Origin: Eledone cirrhosa
Lineage: Eukaryota
Reading direction: 5' to 3'
DNA: 64,000 bases
Assembly: GCA_964016885.1 (NCBI GenBank)
Contig: OZ024747.1
Location: 35,030,001-35,094,000, forward strand
Shown: positions 12,088 to 23,660 of the stretch, in pieces
Layout: every line of letters begins with the position of its first letter
How positions within the stretch are numbered: position 1 is the stretch's first letter
Made by a program: the position numbers and the translations under genes
The notes under the pieces: model-generated
Seen by the model: the letters and a program-made list of their open reading frames with translations, nothing else
Told to the model about the DNA's origin: nothing
Database searches by the model: none

Positions 12088-14015
12088 CATTCAAAGTGAA
12101 TTGCATTACGTCGAGTGCTCTCCATAATATTACATCGAGGTTGACCATATGGAATGACCAGTTCTATCCAGTGGTGAACCAACAAACCTAAATAAATATT
12201 GCTCCAGGAAATGTCGAGCGCTTTCATATGTAATAATGAACAGGGGCCCTGATACCACTGTACAGCTATCGCCAGCATGGGACTAACAACACACCATTCT
12301 GATTTTGGCTGCAATAAGCGTTGTCTACCGCTCACCCGGAACATGGATTGCTGCCTCCCTGTCGTGAATATTCAGACTCCGTCAGACCTCATATGTTCTT
12401 CAAAAAATCAACACATTCTCCTACATCCTGTATTGTATTGACTGAATTCTCTATCCTATATTTCAGGGCTTTTGGGATTCACATTGAAAATTAAGAGTCG
12501 AACATACACTAGGTATCACCTGATACCACTCCAACTCTTCCATCCTCTATATCTATATGTATAACCTTGTATTCTCCAACCGTGCTATATATTGTCCATT
12601 TAATGCACCTTCATCTGTATTTTATTACTTCCGTATTTTGATTCCTTCGATATGTTCTTATATACTTCCATTTTACTCCCTCCATTACCACCCTAGGTAT
12701 GACTGCATTTTATTTATGTATTTTACTTGTTTTTATTTATGTATTTATTTGTTCGCTTTACTCTCCTTATATACGTATCCTTGTATTCATTAACACACGA
12801 CCCTATAATACTACTCTCTGTACTCTTTACATCTGTTTATCTTTATTCACTCCCCCTACCCACCCAAGATTCACACTACATATAACCTGGACTAACTGGG
12901 GACTAAATGTAGTCTATTTGCACATTTCATCATATTTTGCCACTTTCAACTCCACATCACGGGTGTGAATAACTAATAATCGTTTGGTACACGTGATGAT
13001 CCAACGCATGTGGCGGCTTTCCCGACTGCACGCCAGGCGCTCGGGTCGATCAGCCTTCCCAGAGTGCTTGGAAAACTAAATTTCCCCTTCTTTCGTTAAA
13101 CGAAAATACTCGGAACGGGTGTTTCGCCCTCGGGCTCTGTCAGCTGTCAGACTTGGATGGAACCCACAGCGCTACCCGTTATTGGCCGCCAAACAGTGCG
13201 TATAAATTCTAGGCTTAATCATAACTTTTAATATTCATGCCTCCTTCCCTCCTTCTACTAGCACCTAACTAAATCCCACACCAGTGTGAATAGTTAGTAA
13301 TCGTTTGGTACATACGATGGCAAGCCGACGGTGGCGGACTTCTCGCTAACACACTCGACGCGTAAGACAGTTAACATTCTTGGAGTGCTCGGAAAATAAA
13401 TTTCCATTTCTTTCGCTAGTCGATAATACTCGGAATGGCTAACAGGCCGTTGGGTCCCAGGTTGGCCGGGGGTCCGCTATGTCTCTGGTTATTGACCGCT
13501 AAGCATGGGCTTAATCTTTACTCTATATTCTACAATGCCTCCTTCTGTAAATTCTTTAGCTAAATCTCCCAACTATAATCCTAAACCTTATTTTTAATTT
13601 CATCTTAAATGGCATCTTCTGACTCTAAACATGAATTTAACGTGTCTAATTGTTAATTGTAATTTCTCTCCATACATTATATCATGCAGACGCCCACTAT
13701 ATATTACTATATATAGCTTTGTTAACGATATATGTTCTTTGAAAAAATATTTTTCGCGGCACTTTCTAGCACGCATGACCAGCTTGATTGTAATCTGATC
13801 TCACCACTTGCCTATGTCTGTGACGGGGTGGTAGTAGTACACTGTAAGCCTACGCTCCTTCACGAGATGGACATAGATAGGATTAATTATCACCACTAGA
13901 GGGCGGACGACCAGGGTAGAAGCTGCTAAATATTCGGTCGCCCTCATGTCTCTGATTTTCAAGCCCATGGATTTTGTCTATTATATTCCTTTGTTATATT
14001 TCGAATACCTGATGA
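12088..14015 (+). mobile_element. Family C non-coding ~2 kb element with two tandem structured motifs, ending in an interrupted HHR
   Basis: Colinear homology with 42341-44035. Its start matches 30710-30787. Ends atacCTGATGA (14009-14015). Confidence 0.7.
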
Positions 14016-14337
14016 TTTCTATACTTTAATTTATATTTATACTCGGAAGGATTCTAGAGTGCTTAACATTATTTGTGACTAATCCCGGTCTTTTTAAAAA
14101 AGAAAACCGCGATAATATTGCTATTTTGCTGAACTCCTTACACTTGTAGAGTTTTTTTCGGAATGTTTTTTTACTGTTGTTTCATGCAAACAGACATTCG
14201 TCTATTCCATTCTGACGTCACCAGCCATGTCTCTCCATGTGCCTTTATTTTTCATAATTACGTACGAGGTGAACTAGCCTGTCTTTAAATTCCCTTTTTG
14301 GCATATTCTACAGTGGTTTTAGCGTTATCGTGTTTGA

Positions 14338-14417
14338 GCTCTGCTGATGAACGGTTCCAACCGTGACCATCCCCACCGAAAGTTTCGCGAAATAGTCTTT
14401 TTAAGACTATAGAGAGC
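14338..14417 (+). ncRNA. HHR-like motif with long helix III
   Basis: gctctg-CTGATGA-acggttccaaccgt..-GAAA-tagtctt ttt aagacta-TA-gagagc. Confidence 0.55.
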
Positions 14418-14671
14418 ATTTGTAGTTTTTCCAATTTGAGGGATGAGTATTAAACTTTATTTTATTCTGAGTTAAGGCTCTATTGATTTTTCCCTGGATT
14501 TCACAAAATTCTATGGATTAATATACACGTATGTCTTGATTTTCTTTGAATTGAGTTTGAATTATTTTCCCACATCGTACGTTAACTATTTTTCCATTTT
14601 GACGTTATAGTCACTTATATATTATGAAATAATGTTGGTTTCAAGTTCACAACAATTTCTATACTTTAATT

Positions 14672-15114
14672 TCTATATATATATAATTACTTGTCTCTTT
14701 GCCTGTCTGTCTGTCTGTTTCTTTAAAATCATTAAATTTAACAAGGTAATAGTATTAGACCCCGGGAAACACAAAATGTAGTTTTAATTTTCATTTGGAT
14801 TAAAACAATACAACATTGTATCTCAAATAATCTATCTATAGTCAACTATAATAAAAATCATTGTATAACACGACGACGTCACATTTTGTATATGAGTGTT
14901 TATGTGTCTGTGAATGTGTGTGTATTGGCACTCGTTACATACGCATTATCTTCACGTAAATATTTAATCAGATACGCAGAGAAGTAAATACACATACATC
15001 TGCACACATATATATATGTGTGAGTGTATGTGAGTGTGTATGTGTGTGTGAGTATACATGCATTTCTGTTGCGACTGACATAACAAACACACACACACGC
15101 ACACACACACATCT

Positions 15115-15187
<73 letters not shown>

Positions 15188-15830
15188 GAGAGAGACATGC
15201 CGTTATACAGAGAAAGATACAATTAAAGTGTTAGATATTCAGAGAGAGTGAGATAGAGAGACAGAAAGAGGGAGATAGGAAGAGAGAGAGAGAGAGAGAG
15301 ACGTCCGCCAAAACTCTAGAATCAGCTTAAAATATAGATCAAAGTATCAGCTGGTTGTTTAACAATATTACGTTAGCTTATATAAAGTCGTTTTACAGAA
15401 CACAGAAAAAATTGATACAATTTGAAATTAATCTACGGTGTATATTAATTTATCTTTTTGAGGATAGTGTCATGTTATCACTGACCTAATTCAGAATATG
15501 AGACAGGAAACAAGAAGGTGAAGGCAAGAATAAAAATTACCGCAATAAACAAGGGTTCAATATGAAAATTACCAAGACAGGTGCGATGCAAACTCGACGA
15601 CCCCCAACCTCTCTTCAAGGCGGAATAAACTGGCAAAGAGCTGCGTACTCACATGATCCATTGAAGAATTATAGAAATGATCCTAATGTCGCGATTGATA
15701 GCATGAATATTACACTTGGCATGTTTTGCTTAGGAAGAAAGATCAGACTTCCACGGATAGAGGATCTTCCATCTTTTATTAATATACTGCTTACAGAACA
15801 TACTAACGAAGTTAAACACTTCACTGCGCT
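14672..15830 (+). mobile_element. Helitron 5' portion with RepHel N-terminal remnant (15562-15830)
   Basis: TCTATATAT..(ctgt)n start; AAYSHDPLKNYRNDPNVAIDSMN..GMFCLGRKIRLPRIEDLP..KHF. Confidence 0.7.
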
Positions 15831-15849
15831 ATATTGCTGGGGTATGTTT

Positions 15850-16752
15850 TGCTGATCAGCTAAACATACCCCTTTAAGAAAACCAACTGTACGAATAAGA
15901 AATGTTTTATATGTAGAATGAACACTCAAATAAATTGTAAAACTAGAAATGTAGTCTCTAGCATAAGATGTACAGGGGGAACTTGCAGAAACATGATAAA
16001 GACATACATAGGTAAGACAGCTCGAAGCATAGACCAACACTGGAGGGAACTAAAAGGACAAAAAGAAGATTCAGTACTATATGAATACGCCAGACAAAGA
16101 CATGAGGGTAATATAGACAACATAGAAAATAAAATAATATCTAAACATAGAAATGACCCAACAGGTAGGCAAATCAGAGAAGCAACTGAAATAGAACTAA
16201 GAAAACCAAAGTTGAATAGAAGAAAACGATGGAATAACAACAACAACCATACCCAAACACACAATACTGACCTAAGGTAAATATAAATAATTAAATACAG
16301 AAGTAATATAACAAACACACATAAACACACACTAGTGAACAAAGATAGACTACAAAACACACACACGCCAAACAGAAAACACACACGCAAACCCATGCGC
16401 AAGCAGAGGCAAGAATAAATTAATAAATAAACTAAAAATGGTGTAGACATTGCTATACAATGGGAGGAAACATGATAGTACCACTGACGAGGTCACAGAT
16501 GTGGGACAAAACCCATTGATAGAATATATATATATTTAAATCTGTATTTGTAACCATTGGTCAATCAATGATAAACATTGATTGGCAAATATATTAACTA
16601 TGGAGATATAAGAGATACAGAAGCGAAAACCAATCCAAACCAGACAGTGAGTGTGTTCTGCTATAATTTCTGTCAATATTATAACAATAATAACCGCACC
16701 GAATATAACAATAATTGTTTCAACACACGATTTCATATAAAAACCTTGCTAA
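15850..16752 (+). mobile_element. PLE 3' fragment (GIY-YIG plus terminal region), older relative of 26590-30156
   Basis: CKTRNVVSSIRC..YIGKTARS..RQIREATEI. Confidence 0.85.
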
Positions 16753-16814
16753 ACACACACACACACACACACACACACGTCCCCCCCCCTATATATATAT
16801 ATATATATATATAA

Positions 16815-17793
16815 AATGGCGAGCTGTGTGGTTGCAATTAAGTATAATGAAAAATAAAAGTTACGGGCGAAAGAGGGGAATATTCATCATCAGTTGTCTC
16901 TCGCCAACACTGCTACAGTGAAGACGTGTCTTTTTTCTCTCGTCAAACCCGCCAGTTCTTACGTTCGAAATGAGTTGTTGACTTGATATTTTTCCTATTT
17001 TTCCTATTTTTCCGCTCTTTACGTTGCTTCACCCTTCGTGTCTGTTTATATGTCCACCCCGCCCCTTTTTATCCCAATAACTTATTTTAGTTGTTGTTCG
17101 TCCTAGGCTGAGGTATCTTGTCTCTAACGCGAAGAAATACCTATGATTCCTAACAGACAACTGACGATGGATATTCCCCTCTTTCGCCCGTAACTTTTAT
17201 TTTTCATTATACTTAATTGCAAACACCCAGCTTGCCATTCATATAAGCTTCCTTCTCCGCTGTGACACGTCTGTTTTCTCTCCCCTTGTTGCTATCCTCT
17301 CTCTCCCCCTTATCTCTCCTTCTCCCTCTTACTTTCGCTCACCCCTTCTGCTAGTCACATTCTCTCGGCAACCTGCCACTATAACTCTCTCTTTCTTGCT
17401 TCCTCTTACTTTCTCTCACTCCCTCTCTGCTAGTAACCCTCTCTCCGCTAGCTCACTACCTCCCTCGTACACCACATTAAGCAGTCTCTTCTCTCGTTAA
17501 CACGGCTACAGTGAAGACGTCTCTTTTTTCTCTCATCAAACTCGCCCATTCTTACTTTCGAAATGAATTCTTGACTTGATATTTTTCTTATTTTTCCTCT
17601 CTTTACGTTGCTTCACCCTTCGTGTCTGTTTACATGTTTTTCTACCCCAGCCCTTTTTTTATCCCAATAACTTATTTTAGTTATTGTTCGCCCTAGGCTG
17701 AGGTATCTTATCACTAACGCGAAGAAATACCTATGATTCCTAGCAGACAACTGGCGATGGATATTCCCCTTTCGCCCGTAACTTTTATTTTTC

Positions 17794-17797
<4 letters not shown>
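16815..17797 (+). mobile_element. Family B non-coding partial tandem (period 590) with 83-bp inverted 5' arm; rearranged HHRs at 17103-17187 and 17693-17776
   Basis: 16897-17210 is repeated at 17488-17797. 16817-16899 is the reverse complement of 17155-17238. Flanked by (TA)n. Confidence 0.8.
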
Positions 17798-17850
<53 letters not shown>

Positions 17851-18513
17851 CTGCCCACTGAGAAATATCAGATATGTTTACATATATTTACTCTCTCTTG
17901 TCTGGCATATGATTAAACACAAAATGCTAGTACACCTACTCTAAAACTTTAAAGTCCGTCATATACATTTCGTTAAGGACTGTCTATCGGTTATGACAGC
18001 CTGAGTTTCTCAAACGATAAACATAAAAAACAATGAAATATTATTTTTAAAAGCCTTTTCAATTGGAAAAGGTTTATTTGTGTTGATGTAAGGGTCGCCG
18101 GACGAGTGATGTTATTTCCTCAACGGTCGGCCCCTGAGTGACCCTAAGTAGTCTGGCGAAATTTTTGGTCAGTTCTGGTTCCCTGTTTGTATCGATAGAT
18201 GCTTATCACAGGAAATACTGAAATCTGTTAGTCCCCCTCTATCGCCTCCTCCCTTTACACACAGACTGTCATATTAGTTGACAACTATCCCTCATCCCAA
18301 GCCAACACTATACTAGGGGTGACTGCTGAGCTTAGCAGTGGTGAACTGTTATATTCTCCCAGTACCACTTGTCGAGAAGCCTACGTCCCATTCAATATCT
18401 AACCATCAATTGGATACTTAAAAATATATATATATTGACTACTTAAGAAATATTTTTCAGCCAATAATTAATATATTAAAAAGTTAATTATTTAACTAAA
18501 TATAAAAAAAAAA

Positions 18514-18703
18514 AATTGTTTCTACGTTAGGCACAAGGCCAGCAATTATCCAGTGTATTACTGGTACTTTATTTTATCGACCCCGTAAGGATGAAAGGCA
18601 AAGTTAACCTCGGCGGGATTTGAACTCAGAATGGCAAGGGCTGTAACTCTATGCGTCAAAGCATGGCATCCGACCCTCTACCAATACTGCCAATCCACCG
18701 CCC
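18514..18703 (-). mobile_element. tRNA-derived SINE, full length
   Basis: Minus strand: ggcggtggattggcagtattggtagag..ctgagttcaaatcccgccgagg..gtagaaacaatt. Confidence 0.9.
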
Positions 18704-19074
18704 TTATATAAAAAAAAATAATAAAGTGAAATGTTGCACAAAAGGGGATGGGTACATGGGAAAGAGATTATAAAGAAAGTATTATTATAGTAGTTTTAGG
18801 TCTAATGTTTAAACTATATTTTTCTATAACTGTTCGCCACTGCTAAACCTAGCAGTCACACCTACTATAGCCTTGGCTTGTATATATTCATATTATCATC
18901 GACATGGCAAATTTCGTTTATGTCTATATGAATGATAATTGTTTCTAATTCAGGCACAGGCCCTGGGGAACGGAAAATCGAAGGCATAGTCAGGGTGGGG
19001 TATCTGTAGTTTTCTCATTAGTTCTGCATAGATATACTCCTTTTCACTAATCTTTGATATTATATTAGCAACTA

Positions 19075-19254
19075 GAATTGGCAGTATCGGTAGAGGGTCG
19101 GGCATGCTTTCCAGCATAGTTACGTCCTTTTACGATCTGAGTTCAAATCCCGCCGTGCTTAACGTTGCCTTTCATCCTTACAGGGTCGATAAAATAAAGT
19201 ACCGGTAATGTACTGGATTAATTGCTTGCCTTGTGCCAAAAGTAGGAACAATTA
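19075..19254 (+). mobile_element. tRNA-derived SINE, near full length
   Basis: Same family as 18514-18703. Confidence 0.9.
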
Positions 19255-19255
19255 T

Positions 19256-20290
19256 ATTAGCATCTACTGGGCAGCTAACTTCCACTACTATGCATACCAC
19301 TTTTTCCTATCCAATATCATTATATATGGTTTGTTATGCCTGCATTTTATTGTTTCTTTTTTTACTGGAACATTCCACCAGTACTCTTTTATATGTATAT
19401 GCACGTCTTCCACATTGCTGTAGGTTTTAATGTGTTTATTGTCGGGGCTATCCGTTCTACGGATTGCATTGTACAGTGTTTTGGCCACTACATCATGCCT
19501 CATAAGTAGTCCAATGATGGCATATTTAGACAGCTGCTTATGATATGGGTGACATCTTCAATGTTAATTCTGCAGAGTCTGCATTTGTTGTCACATCTAG
19601 GTGTTTTGCCTGCATCCCTATCTCTTTTGTGAATCAGGTATTTCATGTTGATTTTCTTTTCTTGGATTGCGAAAGCGTATGCTTCAAAGTGGGAGCCAAT
19701 ATAGCGATTGTTACTCCACTATAGACTACTTTGTTTTATCTATATTACTCTCACTCTGAACCTATCCATGTATGATTTTTTGCTGATAAGCATGCAGTTT
19801 TTCATTCATGTTTTCACTGCAGTACTGCAGGGCAATTTCCCTGGGTGTGAATTTTTGATTATCATGCAGGGAGTATCTTTCAAGGAGTTCCTTCCCAACT
19901 CTCATGAACGTATCTGTCTCATGCAGATATACTTGCTCAATAGATGGGTTCCTACGCTTCGAGATTCGTAGATGTTGTTGGAGGCATATGATGCGACACT
20001 CAGATCCCTCTGGACTGATGTTAGGCTTCTGCCTCCCTGGTTACATTTCAAGAAGAGGCAGTCTATTTCACTGTTGATGTGACAGTTTCCGGTGTTGTTT
20101 AGAATTTTTCGAGTTTTAACATCAATTGCTTGGATTTCATATAACGTCCAATCAAGTATTCCAAACGTTCGTATTAGGATAGACACAGCAAACCCATTGT
20201 GAGCCATTATATTATTGTGTGCAGAGTTCCGATGACCATAATATTCATAATCGGGTGTAATATTCCGTGGTTACGCATTCCTTATTACAA
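19256..20290 (-). pseudogene. R4/Dong-like non-LTR retrotransposon C-terminal fragment (post-RT region, CCHC finger, restriction-like endonuclease)
   Basis: FGILDWT..IDVKTRKIL..GGRSL, CRLC..EDVTHIISSC, RHDVVAK, WWNVPV..HNKP. Confidence 0.85.
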
Positions 20291-20674
20291 ATATCATTTG
20301 TAAGCATGGGAGGTCTTAACAGACACATGAGAACGCGCAGTCGGAACCAAGCAGTGGAAAGTCCTAGGGGAGTCTAAAGTTGCCATGTATGTGCCAGAGG
20401 GTGCAAGTCTTTGGCTGATTTAAAGAGCCACATTCGTACCTCACATTTCTGAGCATTTTATCAGGCTCGAACACGCGTTTGTGGCCATCATATGTTTGTG
20501 TATGTGTGTGTATTGTAAGGAGTTACTGGCGAACGGCTGAAATCTCACCGTTTCGGCTCATTACAATACATAAACCACATTCATATGTATCAACAACTAA
20601 GCTGAACAATTATCTCACTAGTCTAAACTCGTAAATATCAATCTCTCTCTCTCTCTCTCTCTCTCTATCCTTCT

Positions 20675-20710
<36 letters not shown>

Positions 20711-21241
20711 TTCTTATTATATCTCTAATATAAATACTGGTTTCCGTCTAAGACTACAGATGATTGTACGTATGTAATTTGTATGTTTATGCCCGTAGTC
20801 AATGTTTCCCTATGCGTCAACACAGATTATAACAATCATTTAATCATTGTATGTAAATGTTTTATGCACATATGTTTATGTACAAATATAAAAATAACGT
20901 AGGATGCTGTTTGTGCACGCTTTTTGTGTGCCTAATGGATATATCTATATGCGTATGTATCTTCAAAAGAATACTATAATATATAACGCATATATTGATA
21001 TGTTTTGAGGAAAGAAAATACAATCGGACTGTACGATAATTGGTGCCTCAGTGAGATATTCAGTGTGTGAATATATTTAATAATTATTTTACTTTTACAA
21101 TAACAGCTAATGGCGCCGGCCTAGAGGAAAACTAAATTCTAGCTAATGGCAGACAGGAGTTCACGAAAGCTGAACAAAAGGGAAAATGATTTACACATAC
21201 GCACAACACAGGCAGCATTCACAGCTACAGTTATCCACTCA

Positions 21242-21310
<69 letters not shown>

Positions 21311-21765
21311 GAAGGCGTGGTGGTAAGGAACCAGATGGACCACAACGCACCAGATTACTCTACTTAGCGGAGTAGAGTAGGTAATAGGTAAAGGTATGAG
21401 GATATACCTTTTCCTATATATATATATATAATTTATATTATATACACATATATATATATGTATATTTGCATTCTTACTCATATATACATGCATTGCATAT
21501 ATATATTTACAGATACATATGTGTGTGAGCCTACGCAGCTGTCAATTAGAAGTACCTCTAAAGAACCTATTTCTCACCATAAATTCATCATTTTTCAAAG
21601 ATTTTCAATCGTATGTATCATTAAAACCATATCTAATACGAACGATTATATTACATGAAACTTATAAAATGTAATATACTGTAAATGTAAAACATGCTTC
21701 AAAAACTGCCTTTAAAAACTGGTTGACACAAACATGTGTTGTTCATTTTTGTATATATATAAATG

Positions 21766-22280
21766 CAGCGAGAATCTTATTTTGGCTGGTAGAAAAAGCG
21801 AAACGAAACGCAAAATCGTTGACAGGCTGGCAAGCGCTCCAATAGTTAAGAAAGCTAGAGCTAAACAATATGTTAAAACGCCATACAAACTGAAAAATGG
21901 GTCAGGAAGGCATTAACCACCTAAGCCAAAAAACAAATCAAGCTAAACAAATCAAACAAAATAAATGATAAAAACCGACCTGGACCCAAAATGAATTGAT
22001 GGTAAAATCCAAATGCAGGGTTTCTATGACACCTAAATCAATAATACTGTCTGCTTAAAACTATACACTGTTAGCATAATGATCGAACAAGGAATATCAC
22101 GTTATCAACAGGTAATTTTGCTTTGCATTAACTTTGTGAATGACGTAGAACTTTGTAAAAGCACATGTGTAACTCACAATGGGAAAAAACCCAAGATTTT
22201 GGCAAATGAATTCAGTATGTGTATATCAAACAAAAAATTGCATAGATAGCACAAATCGAATAAGCACCAGGTATTTTTTT
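21766..22280. repeat. Unclassified dispersed repeat (diverged second copy ~58099-58600)
   Basis: Shared blocks agcgagaatc, ggtaaaa(a)tcca..gggtttct..cctaaatcaa, gaacaaggaa..tcac and atgaattcagtatgtgtatat. Confidence 0.65.
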
Positions 22281-22336
22281 AAAAATAAACTTATGCAATA
22301 ATCTGTCAATATATATATATATATGACCCTCCCCAA

Positions 22337-22368
<32 letters not shown>

Positions 22369-22447
22369 TTGGGGAGGGTCTGCCAGAATTAATAACATAA
22401 CACACTGACTGTTTGGTTAGTTTTTGCCTTTCGCTTCTATGTCGCCG

Positions 22448-22506
<59 letters not shown>

Positions 22507-22594
22507 GAAGCTATATTTAATTTGTTGGGATTCCACAAGCTTAAACATTTATATATATATATATATATATAAATATTTTTATATATATATATAA

Positions 22595-22630
<36 letters not shown>

Positions 22631-23483
22631 GGAGCTAAAATTAATAAATATCCTCGCATACATGCAAATTTACACATATATAAACGCATTAAAATATTTC
22701 ACTGCAAATACACAGTGGAAGAAGAACAAGGTTTTGACATTTTAATTACAAATGTATTATTCAGTTGAAATACAAAGTTCGTTATATATCGATTTACTTT
22801 ACTGGCAAACTACCATACATTTGTAGACAAGAGATATAAGTGAACAAACCAAGAAAGGCACCTCCAGACAGTTGTTCATTTTGCTACAAATAATAACTAC
22901 ATTTCTTCTCAAATCGTTTTAATGATACACTAGATTATTTATGTCTGCCAGTATACTACAATTTATATCAGCCTCTTCTCTTTTTTTGTCTTTATAAAAT
23001 ACAATATAAATTTTATATGGTCTACTTCCAATAAATATTTTTTTCCATCCGTGATTATTTTTGCGTAGTTTCATATCATGGTAATTTGATACTAATTTTC
23101 AATGCAAATTTCTATCAACATCATACAAGACACCTATAATTAGTGACTTTTACGAGGTGTTGGCATGATATATTGGATTTTAAGGTTTTAAAATGTGTAT
23201 ATTGTTGCTAACGGTTCTTTGAAAAAATATTACCATATTCAATCGAGGATTTTCCTGTTGAATATTTAAAGGATTCTATTAGATGACGTTGTAAAGGTGC
23301 CATGTCAATTAACCTGAAATGGTAATTGAATTTAGGCTTATTGTCATTAATGGAGACTGTGTCCATTGCAATTTAACTATTACCCTCTCTGTTGTATTTA
23401 AATGCATATTCATTTCGAATGTAAACACATGTGTTTCTTTATAAAAAAAAAATATATAATGCTATATTTTGCGCTAATAAAAC

Positions 23484-23660
23484 TTTCTGGTTTAGGCACA
23501 AGGCTAACAACCTTTGGGACGGGGAAAACTAAATTGACCCCAGTGCGTTACTGGTATTTATCATATCGACCCCGAAAGGATGAAAGTCAAAGCTAACCAT
23601 AGCGGGATTTGATCTCGAACATTAAAGAACGTAATTATATGCTGCAAAGCATGTCTCCAA
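23484..23660 (-). mobile_element. tRNA-derived SINE, degenerate
   Basis: tcgaccccgaaaggatgaaagtcaaagctaacc..gcgggatttga. Confidence 0.75.

Noticed and set aside
13132-13144. gggctctgtcagc resembles vertebrate telomerase RNA P6.1/P5 sequence
   Set aside because: The pairing partner is missing and it is not conserved in the other three motif copies; likely chance.
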